Below are positions 24,501 to 37,734 of a stretch of 63,973 bases of DNA, in pieces. The DNA is taken from positions 186,028-250,000 of the forward strand of contig JBDOQK010000023.1 in assembly GCA_040437565.1 (NCBI GenBank), written 5' to 3'. The translations under genes were made by a program, and so were the position numbers. The stretch comes from Albugo candida. Taxonomy: Eukaryota. Position 1 is the stretch's first letter. Every line of letters begins with the position of its first letter. A model generated the notes under the pieces. It searched no databases. It saw only the letters and a list, made by a program, of their open reading frames with translations, and had not been told where the DNA came from.

Positions 24501-25096
24501 TGAAATTTGCCGTTTTTCTCGCGAACTCGTTCATGTAAAGCTCGTAGGTGGCGTAAATTCTCAGCATTGCTTTTCTCACTGATGCAAAGCTTTTCAAACT
24601 CCGCCTGTAAAATCTCATTTTTCTTTGCTGCTCTGTTGAATGGCCAAACACTTAAAACGCTATTGTCATTCGCATACAGAGAAAGATGCACATACAAAGC
24701 AACTGAGAAGCGAGAAACAGTGCAGCTTTCTCCCACATTCTGATTTTGCGGGAATCCTTGTTTCCAAGACGGAAACATTTGAATTCCCAAAGTGAATCTT
24801 CAACGTAGAAACTGAAGAGTGATGGTGTCGTAAAGTTCAACTTCAACTTGCCTCAGCTTATGTGTTACACCTACGATCGAGATCCAGAACGATAATACAT
24901 GTATCATCAATCGGAAATTATAAAAAGAAGTATTGCAGATAGCTGTAAGATGATCGTGATTTTCTATTATTTCCATTATTTCCGTCGTATCCGCGCTCAA
25001 GCATAAATTTCTAAATACTGAGGAAGGTCGCTTTGGTCGTGGACGATGTACGGAGTGAAGCTCCATGTACAGCACTTCTATTGACACTAGTGACAT
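21581..25096 (-). CDS. Multi-exon coiled-coil protein of unknown function (possibly more than one gene)
   Basis: A chain of minus-strand E/K/Q/L-rich ORF pieces (24098-24651, 23076-23372, 22546-23040, 21581-22408) separated by intron-sized intervals; boundaries approximate. Confidence 0.5.
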
Positions 25097-25390
25097 TAAT
25101 CAATATGCTCATCAGGCCATTAATATTGCCTACACACAATTCGCTAAAATCAGGTGTGTTGCAAAATGTTGGAGAATAAGTCATAAGTCACTTAAAGCAA
25201 CTTCAGATAGTTAACTTGCACATTTTACTGCAGGTATTCGAGTGCTTCTCTTGTTTGGATGGATAGCGGGTGATATAAAATGCATTGTAAATTGCGTGTC
25301 AGGCTCACAGATTTTCGCAGAGATTCTTATGCATCAGAGCCAAATCGTAAATGTATTAATCCGATCGTTAAAATTAGACACATCTCTTCG

Positions 25391-27070
25391 TCAAAGATTT
25401 TTGACATAATGAACAACGCGAGCAAGAATTTTGAATGCGTCCTTCATGTCACTTAATAGACAGTACTCGTTATCCCCATGATACACAGCGCTTTTGCCGA
25501 ATCCGACCAAAGTCAGATCCAGTCCTGCTCGTTGTAAGTCTCGAACGAGTGGTAAGCTATACAAAGAATCCATGAGAAGAAGCAGGATGGAGCAGAGATT
25601 TACGGACCTGCCACTGATCGAAAATGGCTTTACGGATCCTTTCACGTCTTCGATCGCTTTTGATAAGGCCCTACGGAGATGCTATTAATCCGAGTTATGA
25701 TGAGTTATCTGGTTGCTGGTGATGTACTTGTAACCGATCGAATCCAATGAGCAAGCAATGCCTTCGAAATAATTGGGGTGGAAAGTGAGTTCGACTTTTC
25801 CGTGAACACCTTCCATCGGAAGTGAGTACTTTGAGCTGGGACCTCGACCTGTTTCCAGACATCCGATATTGGAATTCAGCTCGTCCACATACGTAGTCAC
25901 TTTGGCCATCATCTCAAGAAAGGTGCTCAGTCATCGAAAGGAGCATTGACTTTAATTAAATGACTCACCTCTGCAACATCATAAAACGGAGAAAGTCGGA
26001 CATCGCCGGATATCTTAACCCACGGAGGGCTTACCCATACCAATGATAAGTTTATTGTACAACAGGACGCAGTTCAAAACTGTGTCTTACATTTGATTTA
26101 GTCCATTCGTGGATGATTCGATGACAGTCGGTTTCATCGTGGACGGACAAGAAAAATTGTATGTTTTTTCTTCGTCCTTTGGACCAAAATCTTGATAGAA
26201 ACGGGTTTGTATATGTTTTACAGCATCCATTCCAAGTTCCAGCGCGTTGATTCCTAGATTAGGAAGGCCAGAGTGACCTAGCTTGCCGGTAGCTTTGAGT
26301 GTCCAAGTGATTGCTCCAGCTGTCCCAATACAAGGTTGACTGTCCGAGCAATCGACCCAGATAACCGGTCCTTGCTTTAAAAAATTAATTTTACCCCTTT
26401 TCAACAATTCTTCCACACCGACGCCAGGTATCTCACTATTCTCTTCGGAAGCGATAAAGACAGCTGCGACCACTGTCTGTAATGGAATATCCTTGGATGC
26501 AAGCTCGATGAAAAACTCTATGACAATAGAGCATACTACTACAGCGGCAAGGAACTAGTACAATTGTTACAGTACCTGTCAAAAGCGCCACGTGCCCAAG
26601 ACAATCAGTTGTACCACGACCGAAGAGTTTGTCACCTTCAACACTCAGCTCAAAAGGATTGCGATCCCAGCCCTCTGGATTGGCAGGAACCACATCCAGG
26701 TGAGACCCGATAAAGGCAACAGTTTGTCCGGGTTCAAGGGCGACATTCTGCAGGTTTGGTGGTGTATAAGTGATAATGACATTACCACGACCGGCTACAA
26801 ACTCGTAGCGCTCTACAGTCAGCGACCCTTTATTCGGATTTTTTGATGCTGTTGTATAAGGACGCAAAGCCTCCAATATAAAGTCCGATACTAAATTTTC
26901 TTGCGGAACTAAACCCAACGATGGAGCATTCTGAACTTTTTCCTAGTTGAAAAACAGTTTTAGAAGCAGTTTCACCGGAAAGGAGAGTTCACACTTACCG
27001 CAACACCAATCATTTTACGAAGCAGTTCCACGTAAGCATTCTCATCCAACTTGAAATCAGTCAAAGACAT
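25391..27070 (-). CDS. M20 family acetylornithine deacetylase (ArgE-like), multi-exon
   Basis: GRGNVII, FIGSHLDVVPA, LFGRGTTDCLGHVAL, ASEEN, GKLGHSGLP..INALEL and GFGKSAVYHG are spread over exons; ATG at 27070 (MSLTDFKLDEN). Confidence 0.88.
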
Positions 27071-28541
27071 GTCGATTGTGAGAGTGTAAATTGGTTGATA
27101 ATGAGTTGATGAAGTAGTTTCAGCCAATTGTCTCACGTCTATACTCGTCAGCATATCCAAACCAAATACATTGACGCTACAGAAGAAGCTGAAGAAGCTA
27201 TAGCCTCATTGCCAAGGCTCGGAAAAAAGTTACATGAGAAAAAGTATCGCCGTCATAGAGGAATTCCTCCCACGTATCTGAATAGCTTTTTTAGCCATCA
27301 TTCTTTTGTTTGGTCGAGCACTGGAAGCCACGCCTTCTGCGATCTTCAAGAGCGCGATCACTTAGCGAGATGAGGATATAGGGAGACTTGCGTATTTTAT
27401 CTCCATTCATCATATTGAATAGTACGAATGACGCTTTCGTCACAATGATCTATCCAGGATGCAATTTGCGAATCTGAGATGCCAATACCATATGGATGAT
27501 TATTTGCATTTCTTCACTGCGATGATTGATGCTTTCATCAGCCTGTTATATGACCACATAATGGCGCTTCTCTTAGTGTGTATGACGACGACGAGGAGAA
27601 AGTGAACGGCGGTCTGTCGGGTGTTTAATAAAATAGTGTAGGAATAGTGTTGAAGGCCTATGTCATAGTTGACATTCAACATTGAGAAGTGATTCTCTTT
27701 CTCTTCTGAGCTGAATACGATTTTACAGAAGCTGTGTGGAATGTTGGCTTGATCAAATTGTAGACCCCGCAACACCAAGTCAGCCATTCCGAACAACACG
27801 TATGCCAACTTTCTGATGTTTGGAATGGATAGACTGGTGATAGCACACTGCCATCGTCAATATATACGTTTGAGTGGATCAGTGCTTTGATTGTATCATC
27901 AATGCGTAGCTGTTGCTATAAAAGCATTGGCTCGCTGCCGAGCGGTTTTGACTCTGAGCTGCATACAGAATACTGTCAAAAATCTCAGTGTCGCAATCGA
28001 CTAAGAAGATAAGCAATCTATCCCCCACATCAAATACAGCTTTGTCTCTGTTATAAACTGTAGGCTCAACGCAGCTCATTGAATTAAATGTACGACATCG
28101 ACGGCCTACATCAGCAAGTCACTCTTCAGCATAGCATGGATTGAATATGAGTACGACCGCTGCCACGGCTGGTGCATATCACTTGTCACGGAATCACAGA
28201 TGATCCAAGGAAAACAATATGACAGCAAAGCGTAGAGCTTGACGGCAATTGATTCTACCATGGAAAAATGCTTATTAACGCGTATCATAACACGGACGAA
28301 CCGTGTCTGTCTCTGGGCATGACGACCACAAAAATAGCCTCAATGATAGCGCGCTATTCAGAATAAATCACATTGTGAACAGGCAGGTTTCTTTAAATCA
28401 ACCAGAGCGCGTAATATTCACATTTTTGAGCAATTGGAAATCGAACGTCATTTTGACTTGCTTTTTTATTAACTCAAACAACATTGCAACACGATAACTG
28501 TTGCGAATTCTTTTGTCACAAGGGAACTCAGGGAGCAACGT

Positions 28542-30945
28542 ATGCTGGCACACTTTTCCTCAGAGGATGACTTATTAGAGTATGAAATCGATGGCGTATC
28601 GATGCTGTCGATCAATAATGATGAAGATTCCCTAAACTTTACACAACCGGTGGCATTGACAGCAATGATCGTTCTTTGTGCAACACTTTGCATCGTTATA
28701 ATATATATATTGATACGGAGAGTCATTTTCTATCTCGCATGGCAAAGTTTTCGAGATGGACCATACACGCTGGGATATCATCAATGGCGACCGGCTAAAT
28801 TGACAGGGTATGCTCCATTGCGTCTATGCTTAATTTCGCGTTTTTTACGATATCTTTTTTAGACCATATTGGTGCAATATTTGTGAAAGTATTGTCTATG
28901 GGATCCGGAGTTATGTCGTCACATGCGATATTTGTGGAATGTTTGCCCATGCGCAATGTGCCGCCTCAATAATCAAAACTAGAACCAGCTCAGATAATTT
29001 GAAGCCCAAGTGTCCATTTGATTCCGCTTCAGTCGAATCTCTTCATAGTACTATTGAAGCAAATAAGCGAGCGGATGTCATGAACGGAAGCTTGTCGACA
29101 GAAAATGAAAGTGATATCGATAGGTGTACCACCCAATCGAACGTGAAGGATCAGAAAATCGCTAATCGGTTTTGCAAAGTCGCTGTTGTCAGATCGATGC
29201 TGAAAGAATACACCCATCAACACTTTTGGGTTCGAGGAAACACAGATCCAACGGATAATTGCTCAATTTGTGATTTGATGTGTGGGAGTGTATTGACATT
29301 GTCGGGAATGAAATGCGCGTGGTGCCATATACGCGTTCATGAGACTTGTTTCTCAGCACATAATCCTCGCTATCAGATATTGCACAGATGCGAGTTGGGT
29401 CGTCATCGAAATCTGATTCTACCGCCGTACGCCGTGATCCTAAAAGAATCAACACAACCAAACATGACTTTGCGAGCGCTTTCATCTGTTCGTGATGCTG
29501 CTCAATTTGCTGTAATCAAGATGAATAGTGTTCGGAATCGCCGATCAGGCTCAATCACAAGCCACGAGAATGCAATCCAAGACGATACAGCCAGTGAAGA
29601 TCGTTTAAACAACGCGGAAACTGAAGATTCAAACATGATCGCCCCACCGACAGAATCTTCAATTCCAACGTCCATCGCATCTCGATTCGAGTTTCATCTA
29701 CCTCCGGACATCACGCCGCTTTTGGTGTTTATCAATAGTAAAAGCGGCGGGAAGCTCGGATTGCATATTTTGCGGCAAGCGCGTAAATATCTTAATCCTA
29801 TACAAGTGTATGACGTAGCGCATCAGAACCCGATGAGCGCATTGAATGATTTCAAAGAATTGCCCAGACTGCGCATTTTGGCTTGCGGTGGAGATGGAAC
29901 TGTCGGTTGGATTTTGAATTGTTTGGATGGTGTCGTACCCTCTCGACAGCTTCCCGTTGCTGTTCTTCCACTCGGTACTGGTAACGATTTAGCTCGTGTT
30001 CTCGGCTGGGGAAGTGGATGTTCGACTGGAGATATTAGTGAGAAACTCACTCAGGTCGAAAACGCACACGTTAGCCTTTTAGATCGTTGGAATGTGCACA
30101 TCAATGGTAACAAGCGAACGGTGATGAATAACTATTTGGGTATCGGTGTCGACGCTCAGGTAGCTCTTGAATTTCATGAGCAGCGAGAACGGATTCCCGG
30201 TTTGTTTGTGAGCCAATTTGTGAACAAGTTGTGGTACAGCCAGCTGGGTGCCAAGAATTTCCTTGTGCGCACTTGCGCAGGTCTCGCTTCCAAAGTAGAT
30301 CTGATTTGCGACGAGCACAATATCGTGCTACCCGAAGGCACGGAAGGTGTTATTTTTCTGAATATAAATAGCTATGGAGGAGGCTCAAAGCTCTGGCACG
30401 ATGAATCTGACGAAGACTCGGGCTGGGAGAATTCAGAGGAAGAAACGGATGGTGGAAGTGTATCTGATGATTTTTCTGACTCCAAATCTGCGCGCTGTGA
30501 GCTCAAAAGCTCATCTCCAAATGACGGATTGCTTGATGTTGTTGCAGTGTATGGAACGCTACATTTGGGTCAGATGCAAGTCGGACTATCAAAAGCTGTA
30601 CGACTTTGTCAATGCAGAAAAGTAGAAGTACGTGTCAAGGAAACGCTCCCCTTACAGATTGATGGAGAACCATGGCTACAAAGTGAGTGTTTATTGTCTG
30701 TGAGCTTTCATGATCAAGCGCACATGCTTAGCCGCTCGGTGAGAGAACGCGACAACGTCACTCATAAAGTTGGAGAAGTCTTGAATTGGGCAGAAAATAC
30801 AAACATCATATCCAGTAGTCAGCGTGACATACTGCTCGCAGAGATTGCAAGGCATGTCACGAATTCTTCGCCGGCAGATATCAACAGCGACAATGGGACA
30901 TCCAGTAGTTGGCCGAAAGCCCGTGTTTCTGATACGGCATTTTGA
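28542..30945 (+). CDS. Diacylglycerol kinase with N-terminal TM helix and two C1 domains (DGK-epsilon-like)
   Basis: TM segment, HQWR..(intron ~28809-28863)..WCNIC C1 domain, second C1 HFWV..CSIC..CAWC..HETC, catalytic VFINSKSGG, ACGGDGTVGWIL and LPLGTGNDLAR, accessory NNYLGIGVDA and QIDGEPW. Confidence 0.92.
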
Positions 30946-30995
30946 GAGCACATGGCTTGGTTCGCTTAAAGTCGGAAAAATATAGTGACATGCAT

Positions 30996-32346
30996 TCATC
31001 GAAATCTCTTTTCTGGAAGCAGCATCTTTTCCATGAGTCTATGCACGCAAGAGAAGAGAATGGTCAGATCAACGATCACAGTAAAGCTCACAAGAACCTA
31101 TCGAGATTGCGATCGCCATTCAGGACTCCATCGACGTCGCTGACCGAAAAGTTGGTAGAATGATTTTTTACCATTTTGTATGGATGCAGCACATACGATC
31201 GAATCTAGACGATGTTATAATCAAGAAAATCAACTCGAGAAGGACAACTCGAACCTGGTTACCCCACGCATTGTCCCCGAGTCCTTCTGCGTATTGACGC
31301 TTTGCATTTTGCTGCTTTTCGATTTCTTGTTCGTTTAGTTTAGCACGTAACACGTCCATAGCTTGAGCTTTATTACGATGCTGAGATCGCTCCGATTGAC
31401 ACTGGACCACAATGCCACTCGATAAGTGTGTAATTCGAACTGCGCTATCGGTCGTATTCACATGCTGCCCTCCAGCTCCAGTCGAGCGAAATGTATCGAT
31501 TCGAAGATCTTTTCCAGGTATGACTGCTTTCGTACCGGCGTCTGTTGTCTCAATGGGATAAACACGCACTTTTGCAAATGATGTGTGACGTCGTTTCTGC
31601 TGGTCAAAGGGTGATATTCGAATGAGGCGATGAACACCTGCTTCAGATTTAGTCCACCCATACGCTAACTCTCCGTCCATCCGAAGGCAAACTGACCGAA
31701 AACCGCTATCTTCAGTTCGCATCTCATCAACATGTTGTACTTTATACTTTTTATTCTGCGCCCAGCGTCCATACATATTTGAGAGCATAGCCACCCAATC
31801 GTGACTATCCCTTCCACCAGCTCCTGCCTGTATTTCCAAAAAGCAGGGTAATCGATCGTGTTTTCCCGACAACATGAGCTCTACGTTCAGCGTCTGCACG
31901 TCTTTAAGTATCGATTGCATTGTCTCAAAGCATTCCTCCGTCATTGAGTGATCTTTCTCTGATTTCGCAAGCAGAAATAACTCTTTTGTTTCGAGAAAAT
32001 GCGTCCGATATGCGGAGACTCGATGTAATTGCGATTCCATCGCGCTCAATCGCTGCGAGATCGCAGTGGCATTTGCTGCATCCTCCCAAAAATGGAGTGA
32101 AGACGATTCCTCGCGAAGGATTTGAATATTCTCAGTCGTTTTCTCTGTTTCCAAGATATTTTGAATTAAAGTGAGTTTATGTTTGACTTGCATCGTTAGC
32201 TGCATAAAATCGACTTGACCCTCGTCTTCCTTTATACTGTAGTGGCGTGTATTAGCTTGGCGTCCTAAGTGATGCATGTCTAAGAAAGGTTTTCGGCTCA
32301 GGAGGTAGCGCAAGTTCTTAGGAAGTGAAAAGATAGTTCGTTGCAT
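30996..32346 (-). CDS. prfB: Bacterial-type peptide chain release factor 2, probably mitochondrion-targeted
   Basis: [22 protein letters not shown] (SPF motif), [18 protein letters not shown] and [12 protein letters not shown] is spliced to IRSYVLHPY. The N-terminus is R/S-rich and presequence-like. The 3' end is 31088, or 30996 if a last intron is spliced. Confidence 0.88.
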
Positions 32347-34297
32347 GCGTGCGACGTAGAGCGTAGAGCGGAATTGCAAATCGATATCAGCATGGTGTGT
32401 ACAGTATCCTTCAAAATTCCTAGAGCATTGACACGCGCGAATTGACGTGAACCTTTTGATAATAGTGAACCAAGTCCAAGGGATTCTTGTGTAAACTTTG
32501 ACGACCCCCAGCAACCTGAAATGCTCGTTTTGATGAGGTTCTAACGCTCTGGTTTGATGCGTAATTGTCTGCGGTCTCTATTTGACTGTAGTACTCGATT
32601 TGCAAATAATGGCTGCCTTACCTACCAATAATTCTCTTGCGGTGTACCAAATGATGAGTGCTGCATCATGCTTCGTGAAGGACTTCTCGCTAACTCCATA
32701 CATAGCATATAACATTCATACTGAATAATTCAATAGCGTTTTAATATGTGCTTCATATCGAGTTTTTGGTAAAAGTCTCAAAGGAAGCTGAAGCTACTCT
32801 TCGATGGCAAAAAGACTGTTTTGCTGAATCAAACATTTGATACAAACGCAATCAGATACGAATGTGAAAGGTAATGCGGTGCAATGATCGCCGTAAGAAA
32901 AGAAGTATGTAATAAATTGACCATGAAGAACGAAGCTTTGCAGTCTCTACTCGGCCTTGGAAGGGTGATGAGTCGCCAACTAAATTAAAGGGACTCGTAT
33001 CGATTCTTCTCCGCCATCTAGGAGCGCGCATATAAGAGAAGCGACTAGTAGAGCAGGCAAAATCAAGTTTTTGCAAAGCGATCATATGTTGATGAATGAT
33101 GTGCCATCCGCTGAATTTGGGCGGATCTAAGCAACGAAAGAGCCGAGGAAGAAATTGGATTGCAAAACGAGCACTTACTGAAGCAACGATGGCAGACTTC
33201 TTAGGGATGTTGTGCGCTCATCTGATACTCTCTTTGATTTCTCTTACTTTATGCGAGTTTGATGCACAAGTGCATGATTGATGGTGCTAGCCGATGCTGC
33301 TGTCAGACCGTTGCAGAGCCTTCAACTTTGAAAAGAAATTAAAAGTAGAAAGCGGTGCTGGATCGAAAAAGTGCCGTTTGAGTATACGCAGAAAAAGAGG
33401 ACAATGCTGAGCTTGATCTTGTGGCTGACTAAAGCACTTTTCCCCATGGAAAGTATAATTTCGTGCACGTAAGAAAAATACGGAATCGAAACAAACGGCT
33501 GAACCATAGAACGTGCAGAAAACGAGTAATTATCACGTAGTCAGATGCATCGGCCCAACTTTCGGTAAAATAATGGTTCATCTTTTCGCATATATTTATA
33601 CTCAAATGAGACGCTAAATGTACGTAAGCTGCTGTAGTTCCAACCAACAAGATAAATCAGACGAGTGATGGCAAGTCTTGACGCGGATGTAAAATAGATC
33701 GCGGCTAGCGTCTGGTTCATCGCGATATCAATGGAACTAGCAGTTCAGTCAATGCAGCCTTCGATATCTACAATTGTGGCATCTTTTGCAATATCCTTGG
33801 TAATAATAAGTCGCGCTGACATATAATGCTGTTTATTGGGACTGGTTTGCCCGGGTACGTAGCGCGGGAATCTGTAAGATACCTTTATACATCCAAGTGG
33901 GCTCTTCGCCGAAATTTTGAAGCTGATATTGAACAACATGGTAAAGCTACTGCCGCATGAGCATGGAGACCGACCTTCCTGCTCTCAGCGGTGCCTGTCT
34001 TACGCTCAACGAGACTTATCCCGACAACGCCAATTAGATTCCCCGACATATAGAGAAAATGGTCGTCAGCATGTGATTCAGGTTAGGCTTCAATTGGTAG
34101 CGGCAGTTCCTTTTTTCTGCAAGGACGAGACTATTTGCATTCTTACGGATGGACAAGAAAGAGTAAATATCAAATAGATCGTATTCACCTACGAAAAAGA
34201 GCCTAAACTCGAATGATTTTGCTGAGTCTTTTTATTGTCTACGACGCATCGTTCCTTAAGGAGCTCTTGAAGAACAGGAGCGTAAATAGTCGAAATT

Positions 34298-34366
34298 GTG
34301 TTCAACATATGTTGAACACCCACATAAATGATTTGTCAATTGATGCATTAGATCTAATCCATCAAT
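34298..34366. repeat. Two adjacent palindromes (22 bp perfect; 28 bp with one mismatched pair)
   Basis: gtgttcaacatatgttgaacac at 34298-34319 and attgatgcattagatctaatccatcaat at 34339-34366. Confidence 0.85.
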
Positions 34367-36050
34367 ACTGCTAATTATAAGACAGTGCGAATATTGTTCA
34401 TTGATCATATTATTTAGCGTATCTATAAGGTGGCTGGGTATGATGTAAGTCGATTTTGAGACGCTTCAGAGTCAGATTTGACAGCTCGCTACGGTCGGTA
34501 GAATGACGTGCGGTTTCGGCGGATGATAAGAGAACTTCTTCCCCTGGTCGCTCGCACCGACCGCCTTGAGGGCTACGTTGCCCAACAAATAATGTGCGGC
34601 TCCGCGCTATTACTTCGCTTGAATTCCGCGGACGTAACACCAGCTCTTTACATGGATAGCGAGGTTTCCCACACTAAATCTACATGGGAAGTTATGGGTG
34701 ATAATCAATCGGCGTCTACGAGCATGGAAGGTGGAGAACAGATCGACGAGATTTCGCAAATGCAGCCAGCAAAAAGTGACTTCGCAGTCGATGAAGCTAT
34801 CGCTCATCGAGGCGTGTTTTGCTATGACTTTTCATTATCTTATTACTTCTCTGAAGTATTAAATAACTATCAAATCTCTCGCTATCGATTATTCTTTTGC
34901 GCCAAGTGATCTGAGTTGTTTTTCCCAGTTCGTAAGCAAGCTTTCATCAGCAAGAGTATGCCTGTTTCTGACCTTTCACTGTTCATCATTCCCTGCCGTG
35001 TCATTGCTGATAAAGAAATTGAAAAGTCATGCAACTTTGCTTGGATATGATTGCTAAAGCCGCTTTTTGCGAAAAACAGCGATATAATTGGATTGAGCGA
35101 GGTACTCCGTGAAACCATATCGTTCCCGATGTTGATGACATCAATCAAGAAGCCACCAGTGGGGAATGACAAATCTATCTTGTCGAAACTCTTGCAACTT
35201 TTTTCTATATCAGCCATAATAGTCATACGACCAGATCTTCATGGGATATCCTTCTCCGTTACAAGCAAACACTTCATACTTTCATTTCTCATCCATCAAG
35301 TGATCTATTTTCCTTGTGGCTGAACATTGGTGATAAATCATGCATCCCAAAGTCGAATAGCCGGCATGTGTATACCCAGACACATCCGGCTTGTTCTATA
35401 TATCTCACTGAGGCTCGGCTGATGCATCCTTTCCAGAAATCGCTGGCGTTTGAAGTAAGCGGAATCTAGTACAAATCTGATCTAGTTGTTTTATTGTCTA
35501 GTAGATGGTCGTATTCTCCATCCATTACCTATTGCTCTATAGCTCTCCCGTCATGACACTCACAATCAATCTAATACAAGGTGCTGACTATTCCTGACGC
35601 GTGGATGGAAAGATGTATATCATCGAAAAAGAAAGCGTTTTCCATTATATTGCGCACGATCGAAACCGGTCGCTGAAGTATCCTTCATTTTTGCACTACT
35701 AGTTTCGTATAGAGTTTTCTCACGTTTAAGCATACTTTCTGAATGTATAGGGGAAAGCTTGCTGGAGAAATTGTCTTATGCACTCGTGCTCGTAACTCTA
35801 TCGCTATTGCTCGCATTGTTTGCAATAGTAAAGACCTTATGCCTTGAACTATCCGATCAGTCGTTGGGCATGGACAGACCCAAATACTCTTCATTTGCCC
35901 GCATATACGACGCTCAAATATCATGGACACTGGTACTTCAAGAATCACTCGTTCATTCTCATTTATAGGCACAAAGTGACTTCTCCAAGCTGTACGAGCG
36001 GGTTGTAGCAAGTGCTATTCGAATAAAGTAATGGCCACAATAAGGATGAC

Positions 36051-37087
36051 TTGTGCTTGTGGATTATACGTACTACTCCAATCAGAATGGATACCAATTT
36101 CTCGAAGGGAGTGGTAGCTCAACAGTCAATCAATGAAAGGTACCCTTCATTCAAGTACGCCAAGTTGCTGAGTCGACTTTACAACGAAGTCACTCAAATA
36201 CTCCAGCGTATCCACTCGACGATTGGTCTCATCACTTGGATTACACCAACCACAAGTGGCAGATCATTTTATGTGGGAGTAAAAATGGAGGAAAGGAGAC
36301 ATTATTTTCCATCTATTCCACGCTCACAACTCTCACGAATCGTCTGGAGACCTCCCGAACCAACCAAGAGTCATCTGATGCCAACACATTGGTCATCACG
36401 GGAGAGATCGGACGCACTGGATTCTCGAGTTCGAACTTTTATGGCTACATCACGGCAACTTCGGAAACGTGTATTACCAATTTTTGACGATTTACAGTTT
36501 CGTCTAGCCTTTCGGATGTTGCCGGTTCGATCTCGTTTCTGGTTCTTGAAGGATATTCAGCCTGACATTATATTGTGCACGCAGCCTTCGTGTGGGGCAG
36601 TGGAATCCGGTCAACATCTCTTTTTAGAGTGCGATCACACGGCACAGTTATGGAGGGAGTTTCTCCCTAGTTGGGACCATTTTTTCTCCTCTCGACCACG
36701 CTGGACGCATATTGCTTGTGCAATCGTACCAACACTACGGTCGGATTGGACCGTAAGATACTCGAAAGATTATCAGCAGATTATATCGGATTTATGGCTT
36801 GCATTGCAAGCGGTGAAAGTGCACTTCGTCTGTACAGATCGGAATCGTCGTTTGTTCGATCAGCGATCAGCAACTCCGACAGTTCCAGCACTTTCCGTGA
36901 TCTACACCACATTTAGTGCGCACGTTCGGTACTTTCGAAGACAGTGTTACGAACAAGACGAACGCATTCGACTCGCAAAGGTGCTTGATCAGCTCGTAAC
37001 GCAAGGATCATTCGTTGGATTTTTCAGAAGCCGACGATCATTGCTGCGGGTACGACACAGACAAGTACATACGCAAGTGCAACTCGG
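36051..37087 (+). mobile_element. 3' fragment of a non-LTR retrotransposon (L1/Tx1-like) pol ORF with zf-RVT-type zinc finger
   Basis: DLQFRLAFRMLPVRSRFWFL..CTQPSC..ES..HLFLEC..W and DRNRRLF match the C-terminus of LINE ORF2 proteins. No RT core is visible upstream, and the ORF runs into gap 37088-37187. Confidence 0.75.
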
Positions 37088-37734
37088 NNNNNNNNNNNNN
37101 NNNNNNNNNNNNNNNNNNNNNNNNNNNNNNNNNNNNNNNNNNNNNNNNNNNNNNNNNNNNNNNNNNNNNNNNNNNNNNNNNNNNNNNGCTGAATTAAGTG
37201 AGATTCCACGAAACTGTTAACAGCATATTTCGGTAAGATTATCATATCAGTAAATTGTTGCACCTTAACTTGCTTGGGCGTTCGGCGTAGCAATTGATCA
37301 TTCTCTAGTCAGATTCATTTCTGTGTGGAATGGACTGCATGTCAAGCGATGATTGAAAGAAAACATTGCTCGTGAAATAGGCGTTGACATTGCACTAATC
37401 ACGCGTTTTTCTTCAATAGCACAGCAATCTTTTGCTATACATTTGTCGCCTTCTGCAAAGCCCGCACTAGAGCGATATCAATATGTTTTTAACCAAAGTG
37501 CGGTTTGGATACTAGGAGAGCACAGATTTGAAAGCACGGTCGATGACGCACGCAAAACAGCTCACATTACTTCTAGTTTGTACACATTACGATGTAGAAG
37601 GCGCTATGACCAACGAAAATATACATTGAAACACTGTAGATACTTTGGTGCATTTGTATGAGTTGCTAATAAAGTGCAGCCATACAGCTCCAGTCTTCCT
37701 TCTGATGCCAAGTTGTTCTTTAAATGATACATGT

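Noticed and set aside
27500-28288. Possible small minus-strand gene between the ArgE-like gene and DGK
   Set aside because: Only short ORFs with no motif; insufficient evidence
32100-32346. Programmed +1 frameshift typical of bacterial prfB, or bacterial contamination
   Set aside because: The N-terminal frame is continuous and the gene has a spliceosomal intron
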